DNA of 64,000 nt, taken from contig CAUYUJ010000214.1 of assembly GCA_963575745.1 (NCBI GenBank), positions 558,001 to 622,000 of the forward strand. The letters run 5' to 3'. The stretch comes from Prorocentrum cordatum. Lineage: Eukaryota. How positions within the stretch are numbered: the first letter of the stretch is position 1; each line of letters begins with the position of its first letter. The notes beneath the pieces were generated by a model that was not told the DNA's origin, did no database searches, and saw only the letters and a program-made list of their open reading frames with translations. Shown here piece after piece: positions 26,152 to 39,327 of the stretch. The position numbers were made by a program, and so were the translations under genes.

Positions 26152-28265
26152 GCTGCTACTACTACTACTACTACTATTGCAAGTGCTATTTCTACGACCT
26201 ACCACAACTACTACCACTGTTACTGTTACTACTGCCACTACGACTACTACTGCCACGACTACTACTACTACTGCGTTTGCTAGCATTATACGTACGACTA
26301 TTATAATTCTTTGTTTCCCCACATGCTTCGTGGGGTTATGGTTTTCTTCCCTGCCGCGCCGCACCCGCGACACTCTCTCACACACACACACACCTCACTC
26401 TTCGTACAGCACAGCTCGCACAGCACATCACAGGACAGCACAGCACAGCACAGCACAGCTCAGCTCAGCACAGCACACAGCTCAGCTCAGCTCAGCACGC
26501 AGCACAGCTCAGCACAGCTCAGCACAGCCCAGCACGGCTCAGCTCAGCACAGCACAGCACAGCTCGTGGCACTTTCTCGACACCGTGCGCAGGGGGTGGT
26601 CTCTCGCCGCCGTCTCTATACGCGCCAGTCTTCCAGGGCACACCAGGCATGGCATAGTCTCGACACCATAGGGGGTGCGCAGGGGGTGGTTTCTCACCGC
26701 GGTCTCTATACGCCCTGGTCGTCCAGGCACAGCAGGCGTGGCACTTTCTCGACACCATAGGGGGTGCGCAATGGCTGGTCTCTCACCGCGGTCTCTATAC
26801 GCCCTAGTCGTCCTGGCACAGCAGGCGTGGCACTTTCTCGACACCATAGGGGGTGCGGAGGGGGTGGTTTCTCACCGCGGCCTCTATACGCCCCGGTCGT
26901 CCAGGCACAGCAGGCGTGGCACTTTTTCGACACCATAAGGGGTGCGCAAGGGGGTGGTCTCTCACCGCGGTCTCTATACGGCCCAGTCGTCCAGGCACAG
27001 CAAGCGTGGCACTTTCTCGACACCATAGGGGGTGCGCAGGGGGTGGTCTCTCACCGCGGTTTCTATACGCCCCGGTCGTCCAGGGCACACCAGGCATGGC
27101 ACTTTCTCGACACCATAGGGGCTGCGGGGGGGGTTTTTTTTTCACCGCGGTCTCTATACGCCGCGGTCATCCAGGCACAGCAGGCGTGGCACTTTCTCGA
27201 CACCATAAGGGGTGCGCAGGGGGTGGTCTCTCGCCGCCGTCTCTATACGCGCCAGTCTTCCAGGGCACACCAGGCATGGCATATTCTCGACACCGTAGGG
27301 GGTGCGCAGGGGGTGGTTTCTCACCGCGGTCTCTATACGCCCCGGTCGTCCAGGCACAGCAGGCGTGGCACTTTCTCGACACCATAAGGGGTGCGCAAGG
27401 GCTGGTCTCTCACCGCGGTCTCTATACGCCGCAGTCGTCCAGGCACAGCAGGCGTGGCACTTTCTCGACACCGTAGGGGGTGCGCAGGGGGTGGTCTCTC
27501 ACCGCGGTGTCTATACGCCCCGGTCGTCCAGGCACAGCACGCGTGGCACTTTCTCGACACCATAGGGGGTGCGCAGGGGGTGGTCTCTCACCGCGGCTTG
27601 TATACGCCCCGGTCGGCACAGCACGCGTGGCACTTCCTCGACACCATAAGGGGGTTGTCCCTCAGCGCGACCGCTATGCGCCTTTGTCGTCCCGGGCACA
27701 GCATGCGTGGGACTGTCTCGACATTATAAAGGGGTGCGCAGGGGGTGGTCTCTCACCGCGGCCGCTATCCGTGACGGTCGTTCAGGGCACAGCAGGCATG
27801 GCATATGTTCGACACCATAGGGGGTGCGTAGGGGGTGGTCTTTCACCGCGGCCGCTATCCGTGACGGTCGTCCAGGGCACAGCAAGCATGGCATATTCTC
27901 GACACCACGAGAGGGTGCGCAGGGGGTGGTCTCTCACCGCGGCCACTATCCGTAACGGTCGTCCAGGGCACAGCGGTATTGGCGGGGCAACGGCCACGAA
28001 CATCATTCTCACATGTTTCACTTCAGCTCTCATCACCCCAGCCATAATATAAGTATGTGGGGTTCCTCGGTAGCGTAATTTGTACTACAACTACTACTGC
28101 TACTACTTCGAATCCTAGTTATACTACTTCTACTGCTGCTGCTACTGTCACTACTACAACCAATACTTCGACGTCGGCTACTACGAATATTGCTACTGCT
28201 ACTTCTTCGGCTACTACGACGACTACTACTACTACTACTACTATTACTACTACTACTACTACAAC

Positions 28266-28305
<40 letters not shown>

Positions 28306-28484
28306 GCTACTGCTACTACTACTACTACTACTACTACTGCTACAACTACTCCACGACTACTACTACACATGCTACTGCCACGACTTCCATTATCAGCGCT
28401 GCCACTGTTACTATCCTACTGCCACGGGCATGAGTAGTTCTACAACTACGACTACTACTGTTACGACTATTACTACTACCGCTT

Positions 28485-28527
<43 letters not shown>

Positions 28528-28528
28528 G

Positions 28529-28568
<40 letters not shown>

Positions 28569-28608
28569 TTTCTATTATTACTATTACTACTACTTCTACG
28601 ACTACCAG

Positions 28609-28677
<69 letters not shown>

Positions 28678-28705
28678 TATTGCTACTTCTAGTATTACTA
28701 TTACA

Positions 28706-28746
<41 letters not shown>

Positions 28747-29278
28747 CACTACCACTACTACTACTGCTACTACTACTACTACTACTACTATTACTACTAC
28801 TACGACTACTACTACTACTATTGCGACGGCCACCAATGGTACGACCACTACCCTGACCATGGAAATTTCGGCTACTTTTCCTACTTCTACTACTATTGCA
28901 AATTCTTTTTTGTGTTCATTAGCACGGCAACTCTTACTCTTACTCTTTCGTTTAGTTTTCCTACGACTACCCCTACTAATACGACTACTGATACTACCGC
29001 TAGTACGACGACTACTACTACTACCACTATTGATTCTAGCACTACTACTACTACTGCAATTACCACTACGAATACTACTACCACTCCTTGTACCACTGCT
29101 ATTGCAACTACTACTGCTACCACGACTTCCCCTACGACTGCTACTGCTACTGCGCCTGCTAGCATTAGGCATACGTCTAGTACTGCTTCTATTACACTTA
29201 CTACTGCTACTTGTCATATTTCTAGTGCCGCCGCTGTTGCTGCTACTATCATAACTACTACCAGTACTGCAACAACGG

Positions 29279-29320
<42 letters not shown>

Positions 29321-29570
29321 ATACTACTCCTACTACTACGGCTTCTTCTACTCCTACTACTTCGACTTCGACTTCTATTCCTACGACTACTACTACTAAT
29401 ACTACTACTGCTACTACTACTACTACTACTACCATTACTACTACGGCTACGACTACGGATACCACGACTACTACTACGTTCACTACTACTGCCACGATTT
29501 CAATTCTCATTTTTGCAGCTGTTATTATTATTCTGCCACTGGCACAGGTAGTACTACGACGACGACGACG

Positions 29571-29608
<38 letters not shown>

Positions 29609-29680
29609 GACGGCTACCAATCCTACGGCCACGACTGTTACCATGAAAATTTCGGCTACTACTACGACTACTACTACTAG

Positions 29681-29719
<39 letters not shown>

Positions 29720-30376
29720 GACGGCTACCAATGCTACGACCACGACTGTTCCCATGAAAAGTTCGGCTACTACTACGAATACTACGAATACTACTAATAC
29801 GACTACTGTTACTTTTATGTTTATGCTTGCTAGCACGACACCTTGTAGTCTGATTGTTTTCTTTCGTTTTGCTATTACGTCTATTTCTACCACAGTTGCT
29901 TTTACAACCACTACTTACCATTATCGCCATTGCTATAATTACTGGTGCTACTACCACTACAGGCACGATTACGACTGCGACTGCCACTATTGCGACTGCG
30001 CCTACCAGTTTTTTATCCAAGCTATTCTTAGAGATAGTTCTACGACTGCTACTACTACTATTACTACGACTACGACGACTACTACTTTTAGTATTACTAG
30101 TACTCTTTTTCTCCTTTTTCTTACTGCTACTACTACTACTACTGCTGCTATTCCTAGTGCTACTACTCCTACTACTACTACTACCACTACTATTAAAACT
30201 ACTACGAGTACTACATTCACGAGTGCTACTTCCACCGCTACTACGAGTAGCACTGCTACAACTACCATTGCTACTACCACTACTAGTACGGCTGCGAAGA
30301 CAACTACTACTACGACGACGACCACTGCTATTTTTTAACTACTATCACTACTATCACTACTACTACTACTACTACG

Positions 30377-30407
<31 letters not shown>

Positions 30408-30487
30408 CGACTACAACTTCTACCACGATTACTACGACTACTACTACTACTACGACGACGACTACCACTACGACTACGACTACGACG

Positions 30488-30518
<31 letters not shown>

Positions 30519-30631
30519 GTACTACAACAACTGCTACTACTACTAGTACTATTATTACTACTACTACTACTACCACTACTGCTACTACTACTACTACTAC
30601 TACCACTACTACTACTACTACTGCTACTACG

Positions 30632-30665
<34 letters not shown>

Positions 30666-30706
30666 TTACTACTACTACTACTACTACACTACTACACTAC
30701 TACTGT

Positions 30707-30754
<48 letters not shown>

Positions 30755-30884
30755 GACTACGACTACTACTACTACTACTACTACGGCGACGATTACTACT
30801 ACTACTGCTGCTGCTACTACTACTACTACTACTACTAACTACTACTACTACTACTACTACTACTATTACTACTACTACTACTCT

Positions 30885-30976
<92 letters not shown>

Positions 30977-31022
30977 TTACGGCGACGATTACTACTACTA
31001 CTGCTGCTACTACTACTACTAT

Positions 31023-31072
<50 letters not shown>

Positions 31073-31090
31073 TTACTACTACTGCTACAT
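23455..31090 (+). repeat. Very long degenerate (TAC)n microsatellite tract, split by the 26312-28080 element
   Basis: Directly visible ctactactac tract with pure and degenerate blocks. Confidence 0.97.
26312..28080 (+). mobile_element. Composite element: hairpin head + (CA)n/(CACAG)n + about 16 x 89-bp tandem units + subterminal inverted repeat
   Basis: Head ccccacatgcttcgtgggg (26317-26335); microsatellite ~26370-26564; array ~26565-27975 (gtggcactttctcgacaccatagggggtgcgcagggggtggtctctcaccgcggtctctatacgccccggtcgtccaggcacagcaggc); aagtatgtgggg at 28051-28062; embedded in (TAC)n. Confidence 0.7.
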
Positions 31091-31910
31091 TAATCTAGCT
31101 GTTGCTCTTCTGCGGTGCTCTTCCACCACCACCTCACCGACCTCTTCTCAGGGCCGTTTGGGCTCTGGCCGCGGCGGACAGACCGCCCCGGCCGAAGCCC
31201 GCTGCGGCGGGCCATGGGCCACGACCCGCACCCGCCCCGCGGGACTCCGCCGCAGCGCGGGCGGCGAGGGCCCCAAGAGACGCTGCCGCCGAGCGGCAAG
31301 ACCGCCCTAGTGCTGCTGCTGCTCTTCCTCCTCTTGTTCTTAGCGCCCTCCTCCTCCTCCTCCTCCTCTTCCCCGCCTTCTCCTTCTCCTCCTCCGTCTC
31401 CTACTCCTCTTATTATGCTCCGCTCCTCCTCATTGTTCCCTTCCTCCTCCTCCTCCTCCTCCTCCTCCTCCTTCTCCTCCTCCTCCTCCTCCTCCTCCTC
31501 CTCCTCCTCTCTTCGTCTTCGTCCCCCTCCTCTCTTCCTCCTCCTCTTCTCCGCCTCCTCCTCCTTCTTCTCTTTCTGCCTCCTCCTCTCCTCTTCCCCC
31601 TTCCTCCTCCTCCTTCTCCGCCTCTTCCTCTCTTCATCCTCTTCATCCTCGTCTTCTCCTTCCCCTCTCCTCGTCCTCCTCCTCCTCCTCCTCATCTCCC
31701 TTCTGCTCTCGCCTCTTTCGTCTCCCATGCGCGCCCGATCCAGGAAGCCCATGCCTACCCTTCGTTGTCTTGTTTGTGTCGATTCGAACGGTTCTGCGCA
31801 ACGTTTACCTGTTCGTTCGTTTATTTGGTTTTCGTCCTCCTTCCGTCGCCGCTGTCGTCGTCGTCGGCGTCATCTTTAAGTGCCCCGAGAGATTTCCGTC
31901 GCTGACCCAG

Positions 31911-32009
31911 GACTTCGACGCCGTGATCAGTTCAGTGCCTGCGTCGTTCTTCAGTTTGGGCCTCCACGGGCCCCGCTTGTTGCCCTGGAGCGACCAGAAG
32001 ACACTGCAG
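31911..32009 (+). CDS. Candidate exon (DFDAVISSVPASFFSLGLHGPRLLPWSDQKTLQ)
   Basis: CCCAG|G acceptor, CAG|GA donor, exactly 33 codons (phase 0-0), protein-like. Confidence 0.45.
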
Positions 32010-35000
32010 GATGAGACTTTGGTCCCTGTGACGGGGTCGAGAGGTCCAGGGGCCACGAACGCATAAGGAGACACGACGCCGGATGTCTGCAGAGGCAGCG
32101 CGCGGACGAAGGCACGACGGGTCCGCGACGGGTCCAGTTTCCGTGCAGTGACGGCGCGCGCCGTCGCCGAGTCTGGCGGCACTGGCCCCCTGCTTCCCCA
32201 GGGTGCCCTCCCTGCCGCGGGTCCCCTCCCGCTCCGCGGGGTGCACGCCTGGAGTGTGTGTAGATCAGGAGGGAAAAAACACACAGACACAATGAATCGT
32301 CGATTCCCAGAAAACATGGGAAACTATGGGAAGTGTGGGGGGAAGACAAAAGCCCAGAAACTATAGGAAAATATTGGGAATCCTGTTATTTGTCTGTAAT
32401 TAATTGCGTGTGTCCCAGGACCCCTTCAGTAGAGTATGTGCGCTGGGGTCCTCCTGGGAGCCTCTCGGAGGCCTCTCGAGGCCTCTGGGGACCTCTCGGG
32501 GCTGCTTCGTTGGGGGCTTGTCGAGGGCATGTTTGGCGCCAATGCGGGCGCCTTGGGCTGTCTTCGGGCCGCCTGGCGCCTTGAAGGACCATCTTGGGAG
32601 CCTCTCTGGGCCGTCTTGGTGCCCTCGTGGGGCCTCCTCCGGCCGCCCTGGGGGCCTCTCTGGCCTTCTGGGGGTCCACTTGGGCCTTCCTTGAGGGCCT
32701 CCGGGGTCACCTTGGGGGCGTTCTGGGGCCCCACTGGGGGCTTTCTGGCCCGTGTTGGGGCAATCCTCGGAGGCCTCCGAGGCGGGCTTGGGGTGTCTGC
32801 AGCCAGAGAAGTTGTTCCGAATTGTACGAGTTCTTACACACACAAACTCACGCCGAAACAACATGAATTCCTGTTGCCTCTGGAGGCCCTCTTTGGGGTC
32901 TTCTTGGAGTCTTACGAGGTCGTCTTCAGAGCCTCTTGGATTAGATCTGGCGCTTCCAGACCTCTCCTACTTTTTTGCGAGCCCTTCAAATCTTCAGAAA
33001 GTCTTCCCTGGGATCTCCAGCCGTGCACATCTCAAACGTCATCTTCCCTGGAATCTCAAGCTTTAGGGGTCTCAATAAACTTCTCCGGCATAATCTTTGT
33101 ACATTTCCAGCGCCCCCGACCCGATTTGGTAACAATCTTGGGCGAACTCTCCAGCGACCCCCCCCCCAAATCTCTAGCGAAATCTCCAGCGAATTCTCCC
33201 CCTTGGAAATCTCCGGCGACATCTCCATCGAAATCCCCCTCCCAGCGAAATCTCCGGCGAATCCTCTAGCTCGCTAAAAATGTCTGGACAAATCCCCCTC
33301 TCCCGCGAAACTCTGTTGTCGACGAGCCGAAATCCTTCACATCAGTAATTTTGGGTCTCGGAGCCCACAGGGCGGTTTTTCATGTTTTCCATTCGGCGTT
33401 CCATGAAGCCCGATGTCATTCCGAGGCCGCGCGTCGAACGTTTTCGATGGCGCGTCGCGTTATGCGATGTCACGTGCGTTGGGGTCGTCAAAGGCTTGCG
33501 TGCTTGTTGCGGATCGGTTGATGTGGGCTGGGGTTTCTCAGGATTGTACATTTGCTTTGCGCTGGGGCGGTTTCGACCCCCATCCCTGGCTGATCCACCC
33601 CGCGGGTAACGTCGCAGGAAGAGTTCGATCATTTCGTTCGTAGTGCCAGCGATGCTGTCGCGGACATTGACCGCGCCACGGGGGGGGGTCGTCCAGAAAT
33701 TTCCTACCATATTGCAGTGTTGGTTCTTCGTTTTGAAGAGACACCGCCCCGCGTCATTCCTTCCGGCCCCCTCCCTCGTCCTCCCTCTTCGCGTATCTGC
33801 CCCTGCTCTCCGCGTGTCCCCGTCGTCATCGTCCATCGTCATCGTCGCCATCACCATCATCATCAGCATCATCAGCATTCTCGTCGTCTCCATCATCAAT
33901 ACCACCACCATCCTCATCAACATCATCAAAACACCCCCCTTGTTCCCCCGCGTCTCTGCTTCGCCACATCCCCCGCAAGTCTCGTGGCCTTGTGAGGTGC
34001 TCCACCGAAGGCCCCATCGGCAGGGTCCTTAGTGCGCCGCCCAGCCCATGTCGGCACGCCCCTCAGACGCTTCGTGTCCCCATGAGGAGCTCATCGGAGG
34101 TCCCGGCGGCAAGGTCCACATGCCGTCGCCCAGGCCACATTGATGACACCCTCGAACATTTCGTGCCCCTTTAGGCAGCTCCACCAAAACAAGTCCCAGC
34201 GGCAGGTTTCCCAGGCCGCCGCCCAGCATATTTCGGCATACGTTTCACGCGCTTCGTGGCCCCACGGGGAGCTACACCGACGGCCCCACAGGCAGGGCCC
34301 ACAGGCCGCCGCCCAGCCAATTCCGTCATACGCTCAGAAGTTTCGTGGCCCCATTGGGGAGCACCCCCGATGGCCCAAGCGACAGGGTCCACATGCCGTC
34401 GCCCAGCCCATGTCGTCCACGAGTGGCGCCCAGCACGGCTCCAAGAGCGCCCCAAGAGGCGCCGAGTAAGTTGCACCCTCATGCAAATAGTTTTTGTCAC
34501 TTGTGGGGGTCCTCTTGGGGCCCTCTTGGAGCATTCTTGGGGCCCTCTGGGAGCGTTCTTGGGGCCTTCCCGGGGCCCCAGTGGGCCCTCGGAGGGCCCC
34601 AAGAACGTTCCCCGAGGGCCCCAAGAGGGACCCCCCAAAGTGGTACAAAGAATTCGCGCGAACGTGCAATCTGTTGTAGGCCTTTCGGGGCCCTCTGGGA
34701 GCTCTCTTGGGGCCCCCATTGGTGGCGCCTTGGGGCCTTGGGATGGCTCCAAGAGGCTTCGGGATTGCCCCAGACCGCCACAAGACAGCTCCGAGACGGC
34801 CGTCGAGCACCACGGGTGAAAGCAAGTGAGGCTAGGGAACAGGGCCTCTGGTAAGCCGCCACTGCGCCCCCTGGACTACCCAGACAGCGAGGGGACCTGA
34901 AACGCCCTGGGGCTCCAGGGGCCCCAGATTAGTGAAGTGAAGGTTTTTGCCATGCAAGCACCCCGAAATTCTTCACTTCACTAAACCGGACCCAGGACGA

Positions 35001-37382
35001 ACTCGCTACGCTCCAGTCCCGCGGGAGATCCAAGACTCCCGCCGCCGCCCGGGGACGTTGCTGCATTGCGGTGCTCTGGTCACTGTTAATGGCTTCCGCG
35101 GGCTGCAGCGGCTCACTTCCATGACTACCCCGACTCACGAATCCAGTGGTTGGTCTGGCTCTATGGGTTGGTTTCGTTGTGTCGGTTGATTTTGTGTTTG
35201 GTTGGCGGTCGGTGGATTTCGCGTTGTTCATTGGTGTCGTGAAGTGATTTGTCGTTTGGTTGGTCAGTGCCGTTTTGTTGATTCGTGCCGTTTTGTTGGT
35301 TGGTGTCGTTTCGTTGGTTGGTGTCGTTTTGTTGCTTGGTGTCGTTTTGTTGCTTGGTGTCCTTTTGTTGGCCAGTGTCGATTTGTTGGTTTGTTGGTTG
35401 GTGTCGGTTTGTTGGTTGGTGTCGTTTTGTTGCTTGGCGTCGTCCTGGCGGCGTGGCCGATAATCGGCGGCCTGCAATGGCGCCAGGATTTGTTTCGGGC
35501 CAGCCTTGATCGCCCTCATCATTCTCATATTCGTCAGCGTCAGCACTCGTCGCCCCCATCCGCGCACACATGCGGCCCTGGTACGGCTCTCACGCGGCCC
35601 TGCGAAGGCCTTCACTGTGCTCCCCAAAGCTTTCTGAGGGGCCCCCCAGAGGCCCCAAGAGGGCACTGGAAATTGTCGCTTCCAACTCCGCCAGGCGGAG
35701 GTCAACAAGGGTCTCACTGGTGCACTTCCAGGAATCGTCGTTCGATCCTCTTGGGGCCCTCCTGTGGCCTTCTGGAGCCGTCTTGGAAGCTCCGAGCGGC
35801 TCCATGAAGGCGCCGGGCGATATCGCTTCCAATTCCGCCCGGTGGAGTTAGACCAGGGGCTCACTGAGGCCCCTTTTTGCGCCCTCCTCTGCCTTTGAAA
35901 AAGCCCCGATGGGGTTCTTCAGTGCCGTCTTAGGGCCCCTAAGAGGCCTCCAGTAGGGTATTGAAGTTATCGCTTCCAACTCCGCCACGCGGAGTTGAAC
36001 CCAGGGCGGCTCTCTATGGCCCTTTCGGGGCCTTCTTAGAGCTTTTCTGAGGCCCTAAGTGGGCCCTGGGAGGTGTCATTTTCACGGGCGTTGAAAGTGA
36101 CACCGCGGAGGGCCCTCTTGGGCCCTTCTTGGGGCCTCTCTTGGGTCCCTCTGGGAGCCCTCTTGGTGCCGCCCTGGGGCCTTCTCGGGGCCTTCTTGGA
36201 GCCTTTCTGGTGCTCTTTAAGTGGGCCCTGGGAGGTGTCACTTTCACGGGCGCTGAAAGTGACACATCGAAGGGCCCGCTTTCCCTCGTAGCGCTGCCCG
36301 TGGCCGGGGCATTGTGCAGCGCATCCCTCGTCGAACGTATTTTGTCGGACGCGTGGTCGAATTCCGCCAGTTCGGTCGAGATGGTGGTCAAGCGGTTCGG
36401 TTGCAATGTAGCCATGCGGATCTGAGCTTACCATTTCTTGCCATTTTGGCGGGGATCGCAGGAGCGTTTGTGTTGTGATCAACTGTGTTCGATATATCCA
36501 GCGGCAGCGTTTCATCCCAATATATTATTTTGAAAAAAGTCAGCAGGGGCCAAATTGCTGATGTGAAGCAACATAGGTCTCGTATGTTGCCCCATCTCCT
36601 GGTTTTTCGCGTCAGCCCACCCGAGTCCCGACACCAGCACCCCGAGCCAGGAGAGGCGGGAGAGGCACGACACCTTTTGTATGTTTTGTTTCAGTTTTCG
36701 GCTGCCCTGCCCGCTCTGGCGGGGCCTCCCCGGAGGCGCGGGGGCGGTGTGGAGCCTTGTAAAGGACATCGTCTTCGGGAGTGGGTGGGGGGGGCGCGAA
36801 GCCTCGTGAATCTTGGTGCTTTCGGGTATATCCTGCCCTCTCCCGGCGGGGCCTCCCTCGCCGCCGGACGTCTGGAGCTCCGCCCCAGAGTGGCGACGAA
36901 AGGACAGGGGGCAGGCTGGGCGGATGGTTTTGCGCAGGCTTCCAGCGCCAGCGCCCCGTCTGCCAGGGCGCGTGTCGCTTCGGCGGCCCGCGCGAGCCTC
37001 CGCGCCAGATCGCAGCGCTCTCCTGCTCCTCCTCCTCCCCCTCCTCCTCCCCCTCCTCCTCCCCCTCCCCCTCCTCTGCCTCCCCCTCCTCCGCCTCCTC
37101 CTCCTCCTCCTCCTCCTCTCCCTCCTCCTCCTCCCCCTCCTCCTCCTCCTCCTCCTCCTCCTCGGCCCTAGGGCCTGCTTGTCCGGGGCTGTTTTTTGAG
37201 CAGCACTGCAAAGGGGGCCCGATCCGTGGCGACGGGCACGCCCCCCGGGAGGCCACAGCCGTGGGCGGCGAGGTCGAACAGGCTCGATCTCCAAAGTTCG
37301 ACCCACGAAGCTCCATCCTCCTCCTCCTCCTCCTCCTCCTCCTCCTCCTCCTCCTCCTCCTCCTCCTCCTCCTCCTCCATCC

Positions 37383-37629
37383 TTCGGATTGACCCAAAGG
37401 GGGGTCCAGCGACAAGGGGGTGGTGCAATAGATTTGTGGGGCTGCAGTTTATACACGTGGGGCGTGCAATACATTCCGGGGCGCAAGCGTATTGCTGGAT
37501 CTTCGCGTGCCATAAATTAGTTGGAATACCATGCAGTACAAGTCTCCTGCGCAATACATTTGCAATTCGATTGCCCCAAATTTGTTGCACCACCCCCTTG
37601 CAGCTGCACCCCCTTTTGGGTCACCCGAA
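37383..37629. mobile_element. TIR element (single copy in window)
   Basis: Inverted arms of about 55 bp: ttcggattgacccaaagggggg..aagggggtggtgcaatagatttg / caaatttgttgcaccacccccttg..ccccttttgggtcacccgaa. Confidence 0.7.
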
Positions 37630-38984
37630 ATCCTGGAGCTCAGACCCCCGACGTCATGATTTGTCCATGGCGGGGATCCCCGGAGATCTGAGTGAGCCCC
37701 CTCCGGGGACCGGCTATAGAATATTCATCCCGATAATCAATGGCTTTCTGGTGGTCCCGGGTGGTCAGGGCCGCGCGGAGGCCGACCGGCAGCAACAGAA
37801 ACCCTCCGCCGTGAGCTCTTCTTTGTGCACGGCGGGGGAGGGGGGGCCTGAACCGCGAGCGAGGGGGCACGCGCGAGACGGGAGGGAGGGGTGGAAGCAG
37901 CAGAGCTCGGCGACGAAGCGGGAGGATCGGGCGATCGCAAATATGGCTCCAGTGGGCTTGGATCAGCGACGGGTCCCGTTTTTCGTGGGAGATCGCGGAT
38001 TTCCGCCGCCGAGCGAGGCGTCGCTGGCCGCATTTTGGGGAGGGCACCTCCCCCGATCCACGGATGTGGCGACCGCGCGCCAAATCCACGGCTCGCTAAT
38101 CTATGTTCGCGCGCCCCTGAGAGGAAGGGTTCGGTAGCAAATCGTGGGAGCCTGGTATACCCTCTTGATTCCGTATTTCGCGTCGACTAGCGTCGATGAG
38201 CGTCTGGGAGTGGATGAGATAGCGTCGGTTTCTCGTCGATCAGCGTCGACTTGGCGTGGAGTAGCGTCGAACTTAGCGTCCACTAGCCTCGATGCGCAAG
38301 AGCCGACCAGCTGGTTCGGGACGCTCCCCTGAGTTATACCACCGAAGATGGGGGGGGATGGGAACAGCAGAACTCGGAGGAGCAGCAGGAGGCGGGGGAA
38401 CGCCGAGCTGGCGAGGTGGCGCGAGGGCGCGGGGGGCACGAGGGATGGGGGAGCAGCAGGCGGCATTGTTGTGGTGGGTCCGCACATAGGTGGCGACGCG
38501 GCCGGCGCAGGCCCGGGCGGCCCTGGGTGCTCTGCGCCGCCGCGGCCCTCTCGGCGCTGCCGGGGGCGGCCGCGCAGGACTACGGCTCGGTCTGCGCCTT
38601 CGAGGGCGGCCCCCGGGGGGGGGGGGAGATGCCCAGCAAACGCCCTCGCCCGGCCGCCTTCCCGCGTCGAGCATCGGGACGACCGACGTGGGCACGGAAA
38701 GAAGGGGTGCAGTGCAGCTCCTGTGCACTCGGGGGCCGCATGCGAAGCCTCCCCCCTCCGAAATCGTGGGTTTAGGGGTAGGGTTCGCATGTGGCCCCCG
38801 ATTCATTTTGAACAGGACTCGCTGTCCGCGCCGCCGCGGCCTGTGTCCATTGGAGACAGGAGGCCGCCTGCCCAACAGCGGCCGCGGTTGGTTTGGGACA
38901 CCCTTTGTTGTTGGGCAGTGCACCCATTTTTGCCGTACCCATTTCGGGCGTCCAAAGAGCACCGAGGTCGCCGTGGGGAAGCTG

Positions 38985-39090
38985 GTCGCGGGTGGGTCGC
39001 GGGCGGGTCGCGGGCCGGGTCGCGGGCGGGTCGCGGGCAAGGTCGCGGGCGGGTCGCGGGCGGGTCGCGGGCCGGGTCGCGGGCCGGGTT
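38985..39090 (+). repeat. (GGGTCGCGGGC)n minisatellite
   Basis: Directly visible 11-12-bp units. Confidence 0.9.
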
Positions 39091-39103
39091 CGCGGATTTT
39101 GAG

Positions 39104-39220
39104 TTAAGTCGGGCGTGTCCTTCTATAGGGGGAATTTTCATAAATAATCAAGAGATTGTCTGGGGACGATTTTTTTGACTATTTTTGAGCATTTGGGGGG
39201 TATTTTTTGAATACTGCATA
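39104..39220 (+). mobile_element. MITE family M1, truncated copy
   Basis: Left TIR ttaagtcgggcgtgtccttctatagg and internal gtctggggacgat; cut off by the composite element starting at 39221. Confidence 0.7.
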
Positions 39221-39327
39221 TTCCCAACCATCTTGTGGTGTTGGGTCCTCGTTTTGAAGAGACGGTCCCCGCGTTCCTCCTTCTCCTCCTCCTCCTCCTC
39301 CTCCTCCTCCTCCTTCTCCTCGCCCTC

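Noticed and set aside
23419..30606. Mucin-like poly-Thr ORFs
   Set aside because: Products of (TAC)n with frequent frame switches, and no signal peptide or domain.
32420..36300. GPSWGPLG-type ORFs
   Set aside because: Low-complexity gggccctcttgg repeat DNA, also at ~49990-50130, with internal direct repeats.
36435..36455. gccattttggc resembling the dinoflagellate spliced leader
   Set aside because: Only an 11-nt core matches; the flanking CCGTA and TCAAG are absent.
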